Notes: generated by a model from the sequence alone, not told the origin. Positions 20,288-31,301 are shown, counted from the first letter of the whole stretch. The stretch: DNA of 63,737 bases, filler included, from an uncultured Methanosarcinales archaeon (GCA_964397315.1; 5 parts of 5 records of this genome joined end to end with filler, not necessarily neighbours in it); one strand, 5' to 3'. Translations and numbers: made by a program.

Positions 20288-23200
20288 ATGAGAAAGAACA
20301 TCAGAGGGTTTGTAATCTTCCTAGCCCTGCTTGTGTTGCTTTCAGGTATCGCGTACTCAGCTTCTGTCTACATAACGCCAAAGCCTGCAGGCCCTAATGA
20401 TGATCTTGTCTGCCACGTGAGCGGGGGCTGCGCAGGCTACCACATCATCAGATGGTACAGGAACAGCGACCTGCACAGCGAGACAATAACAAACGGAGCA
20501 TTCTCAGTGGACTCAAGCCAGACCGCAGAGGGAGAGACATGGGAGTGCAAAGCTTATGATTACTGCACAAACAACCCAATAGGGGATGATTCAGTGAGCA
20601 TCCAGATAAGCAATTACCCCCCTCAAATCTCGCCGAATCTTCCTGACAGGAACCTGTCAGAGAACTCAGGATTCCATGACGACCTGACAGACATCTGGGC
20701 TTATGTGACAGACGAGAGCCCTGACAATGAGCTTTATTATACGATAGTTGAGGAGACAGACACCTCAGTGGTTGACTGCGCCATAGACAATAACAGGTTT
20801 GTTGACTGCACAGTCCAGCCTGACATGGTAGGCTATTCTGATGTGAGGGTGAGGGTCACAGATCCTGAAGGATTGTCATCAGAGGACGTGTTCAGGGTTC
20901 ATGTGCATCCGGTAAACCAGCTTCCCAACATAACACTTGTTTCGCCTGTGCAGGGCTCATCATACGAGAACTGCGACAGCATATGGTTCTATGTTGACAC
21001 AACAGATTATGACGGAACAATACAGGACATAACATGGTATGTTGACGGAACAGAGCTTTTAGGAAGAAACAACTTTACCATAATCGCATCCGACTTTGGA
21101 GCGGGGGACCATACAGGCTCGGTTGTTGTCTCTGACAATCTCGGCGGAACAGCAAGCATAAGCCTTGACTTCACAGTGCAGGAGCATACAAACCCAACGT
21201 GCATGATAACAGGGCCGGTGAACAATCCTGACCCTGCAGCAGTATATTCCTTCCTGTTCGGGGAGATGCTTAACTTCTCATCCACTGCATCAGCAACAGA
21301 CTCATGCCAGCCCTCATTCCACTACATGTGGAGGGACAACGATGAGCCGATAGTCAATGACCAGCAGAACTTCAGCAGGGACAACCTCACCCTGGGAAGG
21401 CACAACATGACACTCTATGTGACAGACGGCCACGGAGGAGAGTGTTATGACACCATGAACATCAACATAACCCAGGACCTTGAGAGCCCGACTGCAAACA
21501 TAACATCGCCTGCAGAGGGCTCTTCATTTGTCAGCGAGTGCGAGAGGATATTCTTCAATGTGACAGCAGAAGATACTGACGGCATCATAAACAGCATATT
21601 CTGGTACTGGGGAAGCTCGCAGATAAGCACAAGCCAGTCATTTTTCATGAACGCTTCTGACTTTGACATGGGAGACAATACTGTATCAGTTGATGTTGTG
21701 GACGATGACAACCTTCACGGAAGCGACAGCGTGACATTCAATGTTGTTGAGCACACAAACCCTTACGTGAACATAACCAGCCCTGTCATGTATCCTGAGG
21801 ACGGAGTATATTATAATTTCTCAGAGAATGCGATGCTCCTGTTCAATGCAACCGCAACACCCACAGACCCTTGTGTTGTCAGCGAGTTCAATTACTTCTG
21901 GAGGCTTGACGGAACCCCTATTGTAAGCGATGACAGGGCGTTCAGCCTTGACAATATCTCTGTGGGGCTTCATAACATGACTGTCTACGCCACAGACAGC
22001 TATAATGGAGAGGCTTATGACTCCATGCTGCTCAACATAACAGAAGAGCCCAATGAGCCTCCTGTAATAGACAGCATAAACTGCTACAACGAGTTTGGGG
22101 GGACGCTCCTCTCAGAGCATGACCCGATAATCTGCAATGCCTCTGCATACGATCCTGACGGGTACATAAACATATGGCAGTGGTTCATAGACGGCGTGCT
22201 AGGGCCTGAGTATGGGGCAGAGCTTGAAGTTCCCTCCCCCTACCTTGATGCAGGCAACTACACAGTCATCCTCACTGTCATTGACAATGAGTCAGCTGCT
22301 GTGACAAACTCAACAAGCATAACAGTCGTTCCAAACCAGCCGCCGGAGGTTAACATAACACTGCCGTCAGCAGACCCTTACCAGAACATGGAGTACTGCA
22401 GCATTGACTTCAGCGCGATTGCTGATGACGCAGACGGATACATCGTCCCTGAGTGGGATCCCGCCTACAACTGGAGGGTCTCCATGGCAAATGGGACAAG
22501 CCTTGACCTCACGACAGAGCAGAACTTCACATACTCAGACATGCTTCCCCCTGGAATCAGCACATTCACAGTCGGAGTTACAGATGATGACGGAGCCCAG
22601 GCTTCGGACAGCCTGGCAGTCAACACAACAGAAAATGACGACCCTGTTGTGAACATAACAATGCCACCCTTTGACAACCACACAGTCATATACAACAGGA
22701 CACTCGGAACAGCCTCAATAGACCTTGACGCTGAGGTGGTTGACGGCTACCAGAATGATTGTGATGACTGCAACATATCTGATTACTCCTGGACGTGGTA
22801 TGACAGGTTCAAAGGGACTACAACAAGAATCTCAAGCCAGAAGTCATTCACCTATGAGGATGTTGAGGACGGCATCCACACCATAACAGTTGAGTCAGAG
22901 GACTGCTACGGGGCAGGAGGCATGGACACAATAGTTGTCAATGTCACAGAAATGCCCAACCAGAACCCTGTTGTCACAATACACTCACCAAATGAGGGAG
23001 AGAATTTTGTCAATGTGTGCAGTATAATACCATTCAATGCAACAGCTGATGATCCTGACGGCGATGACATCTCATCCTGGATGTGGAATTACGAAGGCAA
23101 CACAATAAGCAACCTCCCCTACTTTGAGATGGACGCGTCATCATTCAACCTCGGCAACAACACAGTCAGGGCTTACGCGTTTGACAACCAGACGCCTGCT

Positions 23201-26200
23201 GGAACAGGCTCAAGCGCAGTAAGCTTTAATGTGGCAGACCACACAGGGCCTGACGTGTCAGTCAGTGCAGAGGATGTCATGCTCGGAACAGCAATATCCA
23301 ATGGAAGCAGCGTGAACGAGTCAAGGCCGATACTCTTCACAGGCTCAGCATTGCCGACAGACATGTGCAATGCAGATGATTTTGCTTACGAGTGGGAGGA
23401 CTTCTTCGGAACAACGACAACAACGCTCTCAACATCCCAGAACTTCACAACAGACAGCTTTGAGGTCGGCCTGCACAGGATAAGGCTCACAGCCACAGAC
23501 CAATACAATTACAGGGGAAGGGCGTACATCATAATAAACATAACAGATGTCCCGAACAGGCAGCCTGTTGTTAACTTTACGTGCTATGATGCAGATACAG
23601 GCAGCACAACCTTGACAGAATATGAGGACATTGTCTGCAACGCGACAGTCACAGACCCTGACGGCCACAACATAACAAGCTACCTATGGGATGTTGATGG
23701 TGATGGTGTTGCTCCTGAAGGAGATGATGAGTCATACACTCTTCCCGCGCTTCTCGGCAACGGCACGTATAACGTGAGCCTTACAGTCACTGATGATGGA
23801 GAGCCGATAGCAAGCTCAACAGCAGTGAGGGAGATTGTTGTTGAGAACAACGCGCCGCAGGTAACACTCTTCTCACAGCCGGATCCTGCAGAAGGGCTTG
23901 AGCCAGAGAGCGTACAATTCAACTGCAGCATTGCAGCAGGAACAGGGAATGCTGATTTTGTCTATAACATGAGCTACGGGGGAGATTATGGAGATGACGT
24001 GACCTCTGCAGTGAGCAACACCTACATGACCTTCAGCCAGAATTATGATGAGGACGGAACATACAATGCAACATGCTATGTGCGGGACATGGACGGTGAT
24101 GTGGGGGCTGACAGCATAATCGTGACAGTGCTTGACTCCCCTCTCATTGCAAACTTCACTTATATCCCCCAGGCTCCTGTGGAGAACGACACAATAAACT
24201 TCACAGACGCGTCAGAATCATATGACACAATAACCAGCTGGGAGTGGGACTTTGACAATGACGGAACAGAGGATGCAACAACACAGAACGCAACCCACAG
24301 GTTCATCCAGGACGGAACATATCCTGTTACCCTGACTGTGGAGGACATAAACGGAGAGACAGACTCTTATACTGAGGATGTTGTTGTGGCAGACACCGTG
24401 CCTGCTAACCTACAGATAGCAGCGCCTAACCAGACAGTGGAGGGCACAAATGTCACCTTGTCTGGATTTGCAACAGCATATGACATGCCACTGAGTTATT
24501 CATGGGACTTTGATGTCAGCGACGGGATTGGGGTGGATGCTGAAGGTCAGACAGTAAGCAACTTGTTTGTGCAGGACGGCAATTATACAGTCACGCTTAC
24601 AGTGACCGACAATGATGGAGATTCAACACAGCTGACCCATGTCATTGAGGTCCTGGACACAATACCTGTTGCAGAGGCAGGGCCTGCTGAGATATGGGTG
24701 GATGAAGACATAGGAGTATTCTTCAATGGAAGCAATTCAACAGCATATGACCAGCCTCCAAACTGCGGAACACCAATGCAGTATTTCTGGGAGTTTGGAG
24801 ACGGAGGAACAAGTGCTCTTGCTGAAGATACCCATATTTATCCAACACAGGGGGATTATGTTGCCAACCTGACTGTCACTGACTGCGACGGAAGCCAGGA
24901 CTCTGACACAATAACAGTGCATGTGGCAGACTCAGTGCCTGTAGCTGAGGCAGGAGTATCACAGATAGTGGATGAGGGAGAGACTGTCACATTTGACGGC
25001 TCAGGCTCTACACCTTCAACTGACGCTCCAAACAACTATACATGGTATTTTGGTGATGGAGAGAATGATACAGGCATATCAGTGACCCACCAGTACAATA
25101 CCACAGGTCCTCAGACGATATTCACAGCAATACTTGTCGTGAACGACACAGACGGCAGCGCTAACACAGACAATGTGGATATATTCGTGAATGACATACA
25201 CCCTCAGGTAAGTGCAGGAGCTGATGTCACAATAGACGAGGGAGAAACAGTGGACTTTTCTGGAAGCGGAACATCATTATATCCCTCATTTGACCCCATA
25301 ACCTGGTTTGACTGGGACTTTGGAGATGGAAACACCCAAAACGGACCAAACCCAAGCAACCAGTACCTCGACAATGGAACCTATAAGGTCAATCTTACAG
25401 TCACAGATGAGGACAGCTCAAGATCAGATACCCTCATAGTGACATCAAACAATATGCCTCCTGTTCCGGATGCTCACGGGCCTTATGCATGCACAATCAC
25501 TGAAGTTACATCAAGGCAGTTCATAGGCACTGCCACAGACGCAAGCCCTGTTGACGAAGCAGCGCTCAATGACTCAAGCTTTGAGTGGGATATGGATTAT
25601 TATAATGACACTTCCAATTTTGATGTGAACCTCACCAACAGGACACCTTACTTCATGTGTTCTGATTACCCAAGCACAGGGATATACACAGTCGGATTGA
25701 GGGTTACTGACAAGGACGGGGGATGGAACATAAGCACCGCAACAATCAATGTTACAGATGATCCGGTGAACAATCCGCCTTTCTTCAACCACACGATGGG
25801 GCCTCTGACAACAGTCAACAACACATACACTGAATATGACACTAATGCAACAGACATAGACGGCGACAGCATAACCTACTCAACAGACACGTCACTTTGG
25901 GATCTCTCAATTGACCCCTCAACAGGCATGGTGACGTTCACTCCTGAGGAGACAGGCCTTGGATTCACAGCTAACATAACAGCATGCGATGATTCAGGCT
26001 TCCCTAACAGCTGCACAAGCGAGCAGCTCGTGATAAGTGTTGTGGCTGATTATGCTGATCCTGTGGCTAACATAACAGGGGATTATTCATCCTATCAGGA
26101 GGGAGACATGATAACATTTGACGGCTCAGACAGCTATGATCCTGATGGTGGAAGCATACAGAGCTGGACATGGTATTGGGGTGACGGAACAACACCTAGC

Positions 26201-28846
26201 GCAGGAGCCACTCCCTCTCATGATTACGCGGATAACGGCGTATTCACTATCAACCTCACTGTGACAGATGATGAGGGTGCAAGAAACTCAACAACACTTG
26301 ACATAAGCATAGCAAATGCTGATCCTGTGCAGACAATAACCTCAAACAGCCCTGTTGACGAGGGGCAGGATGCGGAGATAACAGTCAGCGTGGATGACAA
26401 CGGAACAAATGACACCCACCTGTATTCCTTTGACTGGAATGATGACGGCTGGGATGTGAGTAACAACCCATCAAACACATTCACGTACACCACAACACAA
26501 GACGGGACCTTTGATGTAAGGGTCAGGACAACAGACGACGACAGCGGCTTTGATGAGGACACCATCCCCTTTGTTGTGAATGATGTTGCTGCACCTGACA
26601 CCACCTCTCCAACTGTGACACTGGAGAGCCCTGCTGACGGCTCAACAGACACTGACGGTGACGTTACAGTACAGTATCATGTCACAGATGATATTGCAGG
26701 AACACTTGTTTGTGATGTCTATTCAAACACATCTGGAACATGGTCAGTGGACCTTGGAGGACAGAACACTGCAAATGATACGTCAAATACTTTTGATTAC
26801 ACAGGGCTTGCTGACGGGCTCTATGCATGGAATGTGGAGTGTAGCGACGGAACAAACACAGACAGAGGAGACAATAATTTCACGTTCATAGTGGACACTT
26901 CAGCGCCAAACACCAATCCAACAATAACAGGGCTTCCTGACCAGAACTACCTTGAAGGATCAGGACTGCATGATAATGTCATGGACCTCTGGAATTATGC
27001 AAGCGATGCAGAGGATGCAGCCAACGCGATGACATACACAATAACTTCAGAGACAGACACTTCAGTAGTGGACTGTTTCATAGACTCAAACAGGTGGATA
27101 GACTGCAATGTGCTGCCGGGCATGACCGGAACCTCGGATGTCACAGTGCAGGTCATGGATACAGGAGGCCTCACAGACACAGACATCTTCACTGTCACAG
27201 TAAGCGCAGCCCCTCCCGCACCAACAGGCCAGGATGTTATAAACTCAACAATCTACGGGACTTTTTACCCCTACAACTTCAGCAGCAACGTGACCACTAC
27301 GACGGTCACTGGCTCATGGCTCTACAATTCAACAGTGGAAGGCGCGCCTGTTACCAACATAACAAACGCCAACCTGACATACGCGATACTCACGAATGTG
27401 AGTCCTATAATCAACTGCACTGTGATTGGGAACAGCACCAACCCTTCAACAATGGATGGAGGCTCCTGCGTCAATACGTATATAGACCCTTCATCAATAA
27501 CAGAGAGCAACACCACAGGCTCTTCCATACGCAACTCGCAGATATCCTACTCTAATGTGACCAACTCAGATGTGGAGGATTCCACAATAAGCTATTCAGA
27601 CCTTGACAATTGCACAGTAACCAACTCAGACCTTGACAATGTTGAGGGAAGCAGCTGCACCATAACAGACTCAACAGTGGAGGACTCAACAGTGAATGAC
27701 TCCACAGTAAAGAACAATTCAACAGTCACGAACAGCAGCATAACAGACAACTCCACAGTTGACAATTCAACAGTGGATAATTCCAGTCTTGAAAACACAA
27801 CAGTGACAAACTCAACAATCACTGATTCTGACCTCTCAAACACAACAGTAACAAACTCAACCATAGACAACTCAACACTTGAGGATGCTACTGTTGAGAA
27901 CGCAAACATAACAGACGGAGTGATGCACAGCGGAAACATAGCCTGGAACGGCACAGAGACAGTGATAACCAACTCCACGAACCTCACAGACCTGGTGAAT
28001 TACGCTCCCACAGCAGTCATAAGCGCAAGCACTACCAGCGGAGAGGCCACCCTGAATGTTGATTTTAATGCCTCAGGAAGCTCTGACCCTAACGTCGGGG
28101 GAGCTCTCGGAGACAGCCTCAGCTACTCATGGGACTTTGACAATGACGGAACAGAGGATGCCACAGGAGTCACAGCCTCCCACAGCTTCAGCTCAGGAAC
28201 TTATGTTGTCACCCTCACAGTCACAGACAGCTTTGGAAAGAGTGACACTGACAGCGTGCAGATTGACGTGTCAAGCAGCTCATCCAATGGAGGCGGCGGA
28301 GGAGGGGGAAGCTCATCAGACAGCAGCGGAGGAGGCAGCTCCACAGGAGGAGCCCTTGTATCAAAAACATACAACTGCCTTGAGGAGGATGTAAAGGTTG
28401 CCCCTAATGACAAGATTGTGGTTGAATATAAGGGGGAGAATTACACCTTTTTTGTCAAGGACATAATCTCAAACGCTCTCGTGACAAAGCTCTACCCAAT
28501 ACCAAGCAGGGACATACAGCTCAGGGCTGACGAGCCAAAAAAGATTGACCTTGACTGGAACAACAAGTATGACTTCAGCATTGAAGTCAGCGACGTGAGG
28601 GCAAACACAGAGGCAACAGTGAGCTGCAAGTTTATCAAGGAAGAGAAAGCTGAAGAGGAGGAGGTTGAGGAGAAGACATTATCAAACATCAAGGAAGGCA
28701 TACTTAAGATAGCGAGCGAGGTGGTGCCTAAAGAGAAGGCATCCCCAATAGTGGGATCAGTACTTGCCCTGGCAATAATAGTCATAGGCCTGCTCGGCTA
28801 CTCAATATACAAGAGAAGGCAGGATTATTCAGACGAGGAGTTTTAA
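20288..28846 (+). CDS. Giant cell-surface protein with PKD/Ig-like repeats, beta-helix region and C-terminal TM anchor
   Basis: Signal peptide, many WDFGDG/WDFD PKD motifs, NSTV pentapeptide repeats, Gly/Ser linker, C-terminal TM followed by KRR. Confidence 0.9.
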   Translation: MRKNIRGFVIFLALLVLLSGIAYSASVYITPKPAGPNDDLVCHVSGGCAGYHIIRWYRNSDLHSETITNGAFSVDSSQTAEGETWECKAYDYCTNNPIGDDSVSIQISNYPPQISPNLPDRNLSENSGFHDDLTDIWAYVTDESPDNELYYTIVEETDTSVVDCAIDNNRFVDCTVQPDMVGYSDVRVRVTDPEGLSSEDVFRVHVHPVNQLPNITLVSPVQGSSYENCDSIWFYVDTTDYDGTIQDITWYVDGTELLGRNNFTIIASDFGAGDHTGSVVVSDNLGGTASISLDFTVQEHTNPTCMITGPVNNPDPAAVYSFLFGEMLNFSSTASATDSCQPSFHYMWRDNDEPIVNDQQNFSRDNLTLGRHNMTLYVTDGHGGECYDTMNINITQDLESPTANITSPAEGSSFVSECERIFFNVTAEDTDGIINSIFWYWGSSQISTSQSFFMNASDFDMGDNTVSVDVVDDDNLHGSDSVTFNVVEHTNPYVNITSPVMYPEDGVYYNFSENAMLLFNATATPTDPCVVSEFNYFWRLDGTPIVSDDRAFSLDNISVGLHNMTVYATDSYNGEAYDSMLLNITEEPNEPPVIDSINCYNEFGGTLLSEHDPIICNASAYDPDGYINIWQWFIDGVLGPEYGAELEVPSPYLDAGNYTVILTVIDNESAAVTNSTSITVVPNQPPEVNITLPSADPYQNMEYCSIDFSAIADDADGYIVPEWDPAYNWRVSMANGTSLDLTTEQNFTYSDMLPPGISTFTVGVTDDDGAQASDSLAVNTTENDDPVVNITMPPFDNHTVIYNRTLGTASIDLDAEVVDGYQNDCDDCNISDYSWTWYDRFKGTTTRISSQKSFTYEDVEDGIHTITVESEDCYGAGGMDTIVVNVTEMPNQNPVVTIHSPNEGENFVNVCSIIPFNATADDPDGDDISSWMWNYEGNTISNLPYFEMDASSFNLGNNTVRAYAFDNQTPAGTGSSAVSFNVADHTGPDVSVSAEDVMLGTAISNGSSVNESRPILFTGSALPTDMCNADDFAYEWEDFFGTTTTTLSTSQNFTTDSFEVGLHRIRLTATDQYNYRGRAYIIINITDVPNRQPVVNFTCYDADTGSTTLTEYEDIVCNATVTDPDGHNITSYLWDVDGDGVAPEGDDESYTLPALLGNGTYNVSLTVTDDGEPIASSTAVREIVVENNAPQVTLFSQPDPAEGLEPESVQFNCSIAAGTGNADFVYNMSYGGDYGDDVTSAVSNTYMTFSQNYDEDGTYNATCYVRDMDGDVGADSIIVTVLDSPLIANFTYIPQAPVENDTINFTDASESYDTITSWEWDFDNDGTEDATTQNATHRFIQDGTYPVTLTVEDINGETDSYTEDVVVADTVPANLQIAAPNQTVEGTNVTLSGFATAYDMPLSYSWDFDVSDGIGVDAEGQTVSNLFVQDGNYTVTLTVTDNDGDSTQLTHVIEVLDTIPVAEAGPAEIWVDEDIGVFFNGSNSTAYDQPPNCGTPMQYFWEFGDGGTSALAEDTHIYPTQGDYVANLTVTDCDGSQDSDTITVHVADSVPVAEAGVSQIVDEGETVTFDGSGSTPSTDAPNNYTWYFGDGENDTGISVTHQYNTTGPQTIFTAILVVNDTDGSANTDNVDIFVNDIHPQVSAGADVTIDEGETVDFSGSGTSLYPSFDPITWFDWDFGDGNTQNGPNPSNQYLDNGTYKVNLTVTDEDSSRSDTLIVTSNNMPPVPDAHGPYACTITEVTSRQFIGTATDASPVDEAALNDSSFEWDMDYYNDTSNFDVNLTNRTPYFMCSDYPSTGIYTVGLRVTDKDGGWNISTATINVTDDPVNNPPFFNHTMGPLTTVNNTYTEYDTNATDIDGDSITYSTDTSLWDLSIDPSTGMVTFTPEETGLGFTANITACDDSGFPNSCTSEQLVISVVADYADPVANITGDYSSYQEGDMITFDGSDSYDPDGGSIQSWTWYWGDGTTPSAGATPSHDYADNGVFTINLTVTDDEGARNSTTLDISIANADPVQTITSNSPVDEGQDAEITVSVDDNGTNDTHLYSFDWNDDGWDVSNNPSNTFTYTTTQDGTFDVRVRTTDDDSGFDEDTIPFVVNDVAAPDTTSPTVTLESPADGSTDTDGDVTVQYHVTDDIAGTLVCDVYSNTSGTWSVDLGGQNTANDTSNTFDYTGLADGLYAWNVECSDGTNTDRGDNNFTFIVDTSAPNTNPTITGLPDQNYLEGSGLHDNVMDLWNYASDAEDAANAMTYTITSETDTSVVDCFIDSNRWIDCNVLPGMTGTSDVTVQVMDTGGLTDTDIFTVTVSAAPPAPTGQDVINSTIYGTFYPYNFSSNVTTTTVTGSWLYNSTVEGAPVTNITNANLTYAILTNVSPIINCTVIGNSTNPSTMDGGSCVNTYIDPSSITESNTTGSSIRNSQISYSNVTNSDVEDSTISYSDLDNCTVTNSDLDNVEGSSCTITDSTVEDSTVNDSTVKNNSTVTNSSITDNSTVDNSTVDNSSLENTTVTNSTITDSDLSNTTVTNSTIDNSTLEDATVENANITDGVMHSGNIAWNGTETVITNSTNLTDLVNYAPTAVISASTTSGEATLNVDFNASGSSDPNVGGALGDSLSYSWDFDNDGTEDATGVTASHSFSSGTYVVTLTVTDSFGKSDTDSVQIDVSSSSSNGGGGGGGSSSDSSGGGSSTGGALVSKTYNCLEEDVKVAPNDKIVVEYKGENYTFFVKDIISNALVTKLYPIPSRDIQLRADEPKKIDLDWNNKYDFSIEVSDVRANTEATVSCKFIKEEKAEEEEVEEKTLSNIKEGILKIASEVVPKEKASPIVGSVLALAIIVIGLLGYSIYKRRQDYSDEEF

Positions 28847-28925
28847 CACGCCTTTGCCTTTTTCTTTTGTTTTTCCACAATCAAAAACCTTTAAATACCA
28901 CTGTGTTATGCTTCTGTATAATAAA

Positions 28926-29060
28926 GGGCCCATGGTCTAGCGGCTATGCCAATGAAGCAATGCTTCAGCACTGCGGATGACACTGCCTCGACACGGCAGG
29001 GGTCGCCGGTTCAAAACGCCTGCGGAATATTTCCCAGGCATGAAAGTCCGGCTGGGCCCA
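28926..29060 (+). tRNA. tRNA-Val(GAC) with two 31-nt non-canonical introns
   Basis: Acceptor GGGCCCA/TGGGCCC, anticodon arm CTGCC-TCGACAC-GGCAG, T stem GCCGG/CCGGC; introns at ~28946-28976 (D arm) and 29016-29046 (T loop). Confidence 0.9.
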
Positions 29061-29069
29061 TAGTGTTCT

Positions 29070-29313
29070 TTATTGGAGATGGTTAAAAAGCATCCCTCCA
29101 GAGTTTGCCTCCGCCCTCGCTGTCTGGAGTTAACCAACCATCAGATTCCTGATGTTGTGTTAATTAATCCTCCAAATGTTGCCGCCACCCTGTTTAGAGT
29201 TACAACTGCTTCGCCCACCCCCCTCCCCCTTCAACAGCTTTAGAGCACCAACCCACAGAGAGCGCTTTAAGCATATCATTGGGTGGGCTTATTAATGGCA
29301 GAAGAAAGAAGTT
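29070..29313 (-). repeat. Dispersed non-coding element, copy B (runs into contig end)
   Basis: GAGCGCTTTAAGCATATCATTGGGTGGGCTTATT is the near-exact reverse complement of the copy A core. Confidence 0.85.
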
Positions 29314-29413
29314 NNNNNNNNNNNNNNNNNNNNNNNNNNNNNNNNNNNNNNNNNNNNTTAATTAATTAANNNNNNNNNNNNNNNNNNNNNNNNNNNNNNN
29401 NNNNNNNNNNNNN
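29314..29413. other. Artificial contig linker
   Basis: 100-nt N/TTAATTAATTAA. Confidence 0.97.
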
Positions 29414-29468
29414 TTGATTTAGAATTAGTTGGTGCTATCTCATTTAGAAAATCCCTTCGGAGATACTG
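29414..29468. mobile_element. Terminal end of a multicopy IS (TIR CAGTATCTCCGAA)
   Basis: 54 nt identical to 55518-55571; same 13-nt terminus at 63685. Confidence 0.7.
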
Positions 29469-29545
29469 GCAGTTCCATCATCTTTATAATTAAATCTTTC
29501 TCTCAGTTCAGATACTTGTCCTTTGATTTTATCATAAAAAGTCAT
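29469..29545 (-). pseudogene. 5' fragment of a gene cut by the IS end
   Basis: GGAGG SD then MTFYDKIKGQVSELRERFNYKDDGTA, ending at the IS terminus. Confidence 0.5.
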
Positions 29546-29589
29546 TTTATAACCTCCCCATTAAATCCTCAATTCTGTTAACATAGCTA

Positions 29590-30174
29590 TCAAACCACCC
29601 TCAGCCTTCCAGCTTCTGTAATATTTAAAGCTTCTGTCAGCAGGCCTTCCTTCTGCATCTCCTTGAAGTTCGCGTATATGAGTGAGAGGTGAACGCCCAG
29701 CTTGCCTGCCAGCTCCTTTGCATTGGTATTGCCTTTCCCTATCTCCTCAAGCATCCTCCTCTTTGTATCATTGATTTTCAGGTCAAGCATTGGCAGCTGC
29801 AGCATCTCCCCTGTCTCCTCAACAATGTAATAGACTCCCTCAACCTTCTGCTTCCTCATGAACGCGCCGTACATCGCGCCTATTGACTGTATCTTCCTTG
29901 ACTCTGTTATGTGGACATATACCTCATTGCCTGCCTCGCTGTCTATTGCAGATGCCACAGCAGATGCTATCTCAACAAGCCCGTAGGCAGAGACATCCAC
30001 TGTCTCAACATCCATTATGCCCTTGTACTGCTCCCTGAGCTTCTTTATGGCCTTTTTCCTGGTGTCCTGCCTGTCATCAGCATTCAGGAGAATGAGCTTG
30101 TCAGGCCCCAGCTTGTGCACTGCCTTTGGAACCACCTGGCCCTCATACACTGTTGAGATCATCACCTTTCCCAT
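29590..30174 (-). CDS. Csa3-like CARF-domain plus wHTH transcriptional regulator
   Basis: Rossmann-like KVMISTVY..PDKLILL..VYVHITESRK, C-terminal ELAGKLGVHLSLIYANFKEM. Confidence 0.7.
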   Translation of the reverse strand: MGKVMISTVYEGQVVPKAVHKLGPDKLILLNADDRQDTRKKAIKKLREQYKGIMDVETVDVSAYGLVEIASAVASAIDSEAGNEVYVHITESRKIQSIGAMYGAFMRKQKVEGVYYIVEETGEMLQLPMLDLKINDTKRRMLEEIGKGNTNAKELAGKLGVHLSLIYANFKEMQKEGLLTEALNITEAGRLRVV

Positions 30175-30321
30175 ATTGACACCCTGTTTTATGGTTATGA
30201 AACAGGCCTTGTTTATAAAGTTTTCGTTTATAATACTATAATTTCTACCAAAAATATAGAAAGATTTAAATAATAGCTTATTCTATCAAATACCTATAAA
30301 ATATAATGATGGATTATAAAG

Positions 30322-30684
30322 ATGAACAAAATGAAAAAGCAGATTGTGATAGGTCCGCGGGTTGTCATCCCCTCTATGTGGAACATATTCATGATAAGGA
30401 AGAGGATGCCCCTCTCAGATGATGTTTTCCTGGAGGAGGGAAGGCGCTACATTCAGGCAGGGGAGAGGGGGAAAACTGCCTGCAGCGAATACATGGCAGT
30501 GGTAAGGCAGGACATAAACCACTACAGCAACATCACAAAGAGGAACAGGCGCAAGAGAGAATACCTTATTGTGGCTGAAAAATCAGGCAGAGGCTGGCTG
30601 ATTTACGGAAAAAAAGATGCCAATGCCAGGAGCAAAAAGAAAGCAAGAGAAGCGCTCATAAGAAGGTGGAGGAAGGATAGATGA
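30322..30684 (+). CDS. Hypothetical basic protein
   Basis: 120-aa ORF after AT-rich divergent promoter. Confidence 0.55.
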   Translation: MNKMKKQIVIGPRVVIPSMWNIFMIRKRMPLSDDVFLEEGRRYIQAGERGKTACSEYMAVVRQDINHYSNITKRNRRKREYLIVAEKSGRGWLIYGKKDANARSKKKAREALIRRWRKDR

Positions 30685-30809
30685 AGATCAAGAGTCTTAT
30701 CAGGAGAGCATGGAGTCCTCCTGAAGAGGAGATAGAGAAAAGGTTTCCGGAGAAAGCGGCTCCCAAAGAGAGATCAACCCATGCGGGGAAGTTGTTCAGG
30801 ATGAGGTGA
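30681..30809 (+). CDS. Small ORF paralogous to the N-terminus of 32319
   Basis: MKIKSLIRRAWSPPEEEI versus MKLTHLIRRAWSPAQEDI; ATGA coupling. Confidence 0.5.
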   Translation: MKIKSLIRRAWSPPEEEIEKRFPEKAAPKERSTHAGKLFRMR

Positions 30810-31049
30810 TGCAGGATGGAGAAGATGTTTTACAGCAGCAGGGTGCCGGACAAAAATGCAATCAAAAATATTTAGGCAGCTCCGGCAGACGGCCTTCACA
30901 GCCGCACTGATGATGTCAGCAGGCTTTACTTTGTGCAGGATGCCAAAGCACGGCCTCAAGGCTTTTACGGCTTTTTTTGTTATCTTTTTGGCTGTCATTG
31001 CCGCAGCAGGAGTTATGGAGCGCAGGGTAAAAAGATGCAAGGAAAATAC

Positions 31050-31301
31050 ATGAGGATAACAACAATCATATTGACTGCACTTGCTTTAGTGATTGTTTTT
31101 ATAGGCCTTATCAGAGCCTGCAACCTTGAAAAGCATGAATTGGAAGGCGGCAGGTATTCCATCCAATCCGCCGCCCGGATTGATGGGGATTGCTCCAGGT
31201 CCTGCTTAAAGAGGTGTGAAGGAATAGGGTTTGATTTTTCCAGCTTGGAGGGCTATAATGAGAGTGAATGTATCTGCAGATGCGAAAAAAGTTTTGATTG
31301 A
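31050..31301 (+). CDS. Small Cys-rich membrane-anchored or secreted protein
   Basis: N-terminal TM then CSRSCLKRC..CICRC. Confidence 0.6.
   Translation: MRITTIILTALALVIVFIGLIRACNLEKHELEGGRYSIQSAARIDGDCSRSCLKRCEGIGFDFSSLEGYNESECICRCEKSFD

Noticed and set aside
24245..28160. Near-identical segments in the PKD gene (TGGGACTTTGACAATGACGGAACAGAGGATGC) as a DGR template/variable pair
   Set aside because: No adenine-specific mismatches and no reverse transcriptase in the window; ordinary domain duplication
28937..29137. 66-aa minus-strand ORF
   Set aside because: Antisense to the tRNA gene
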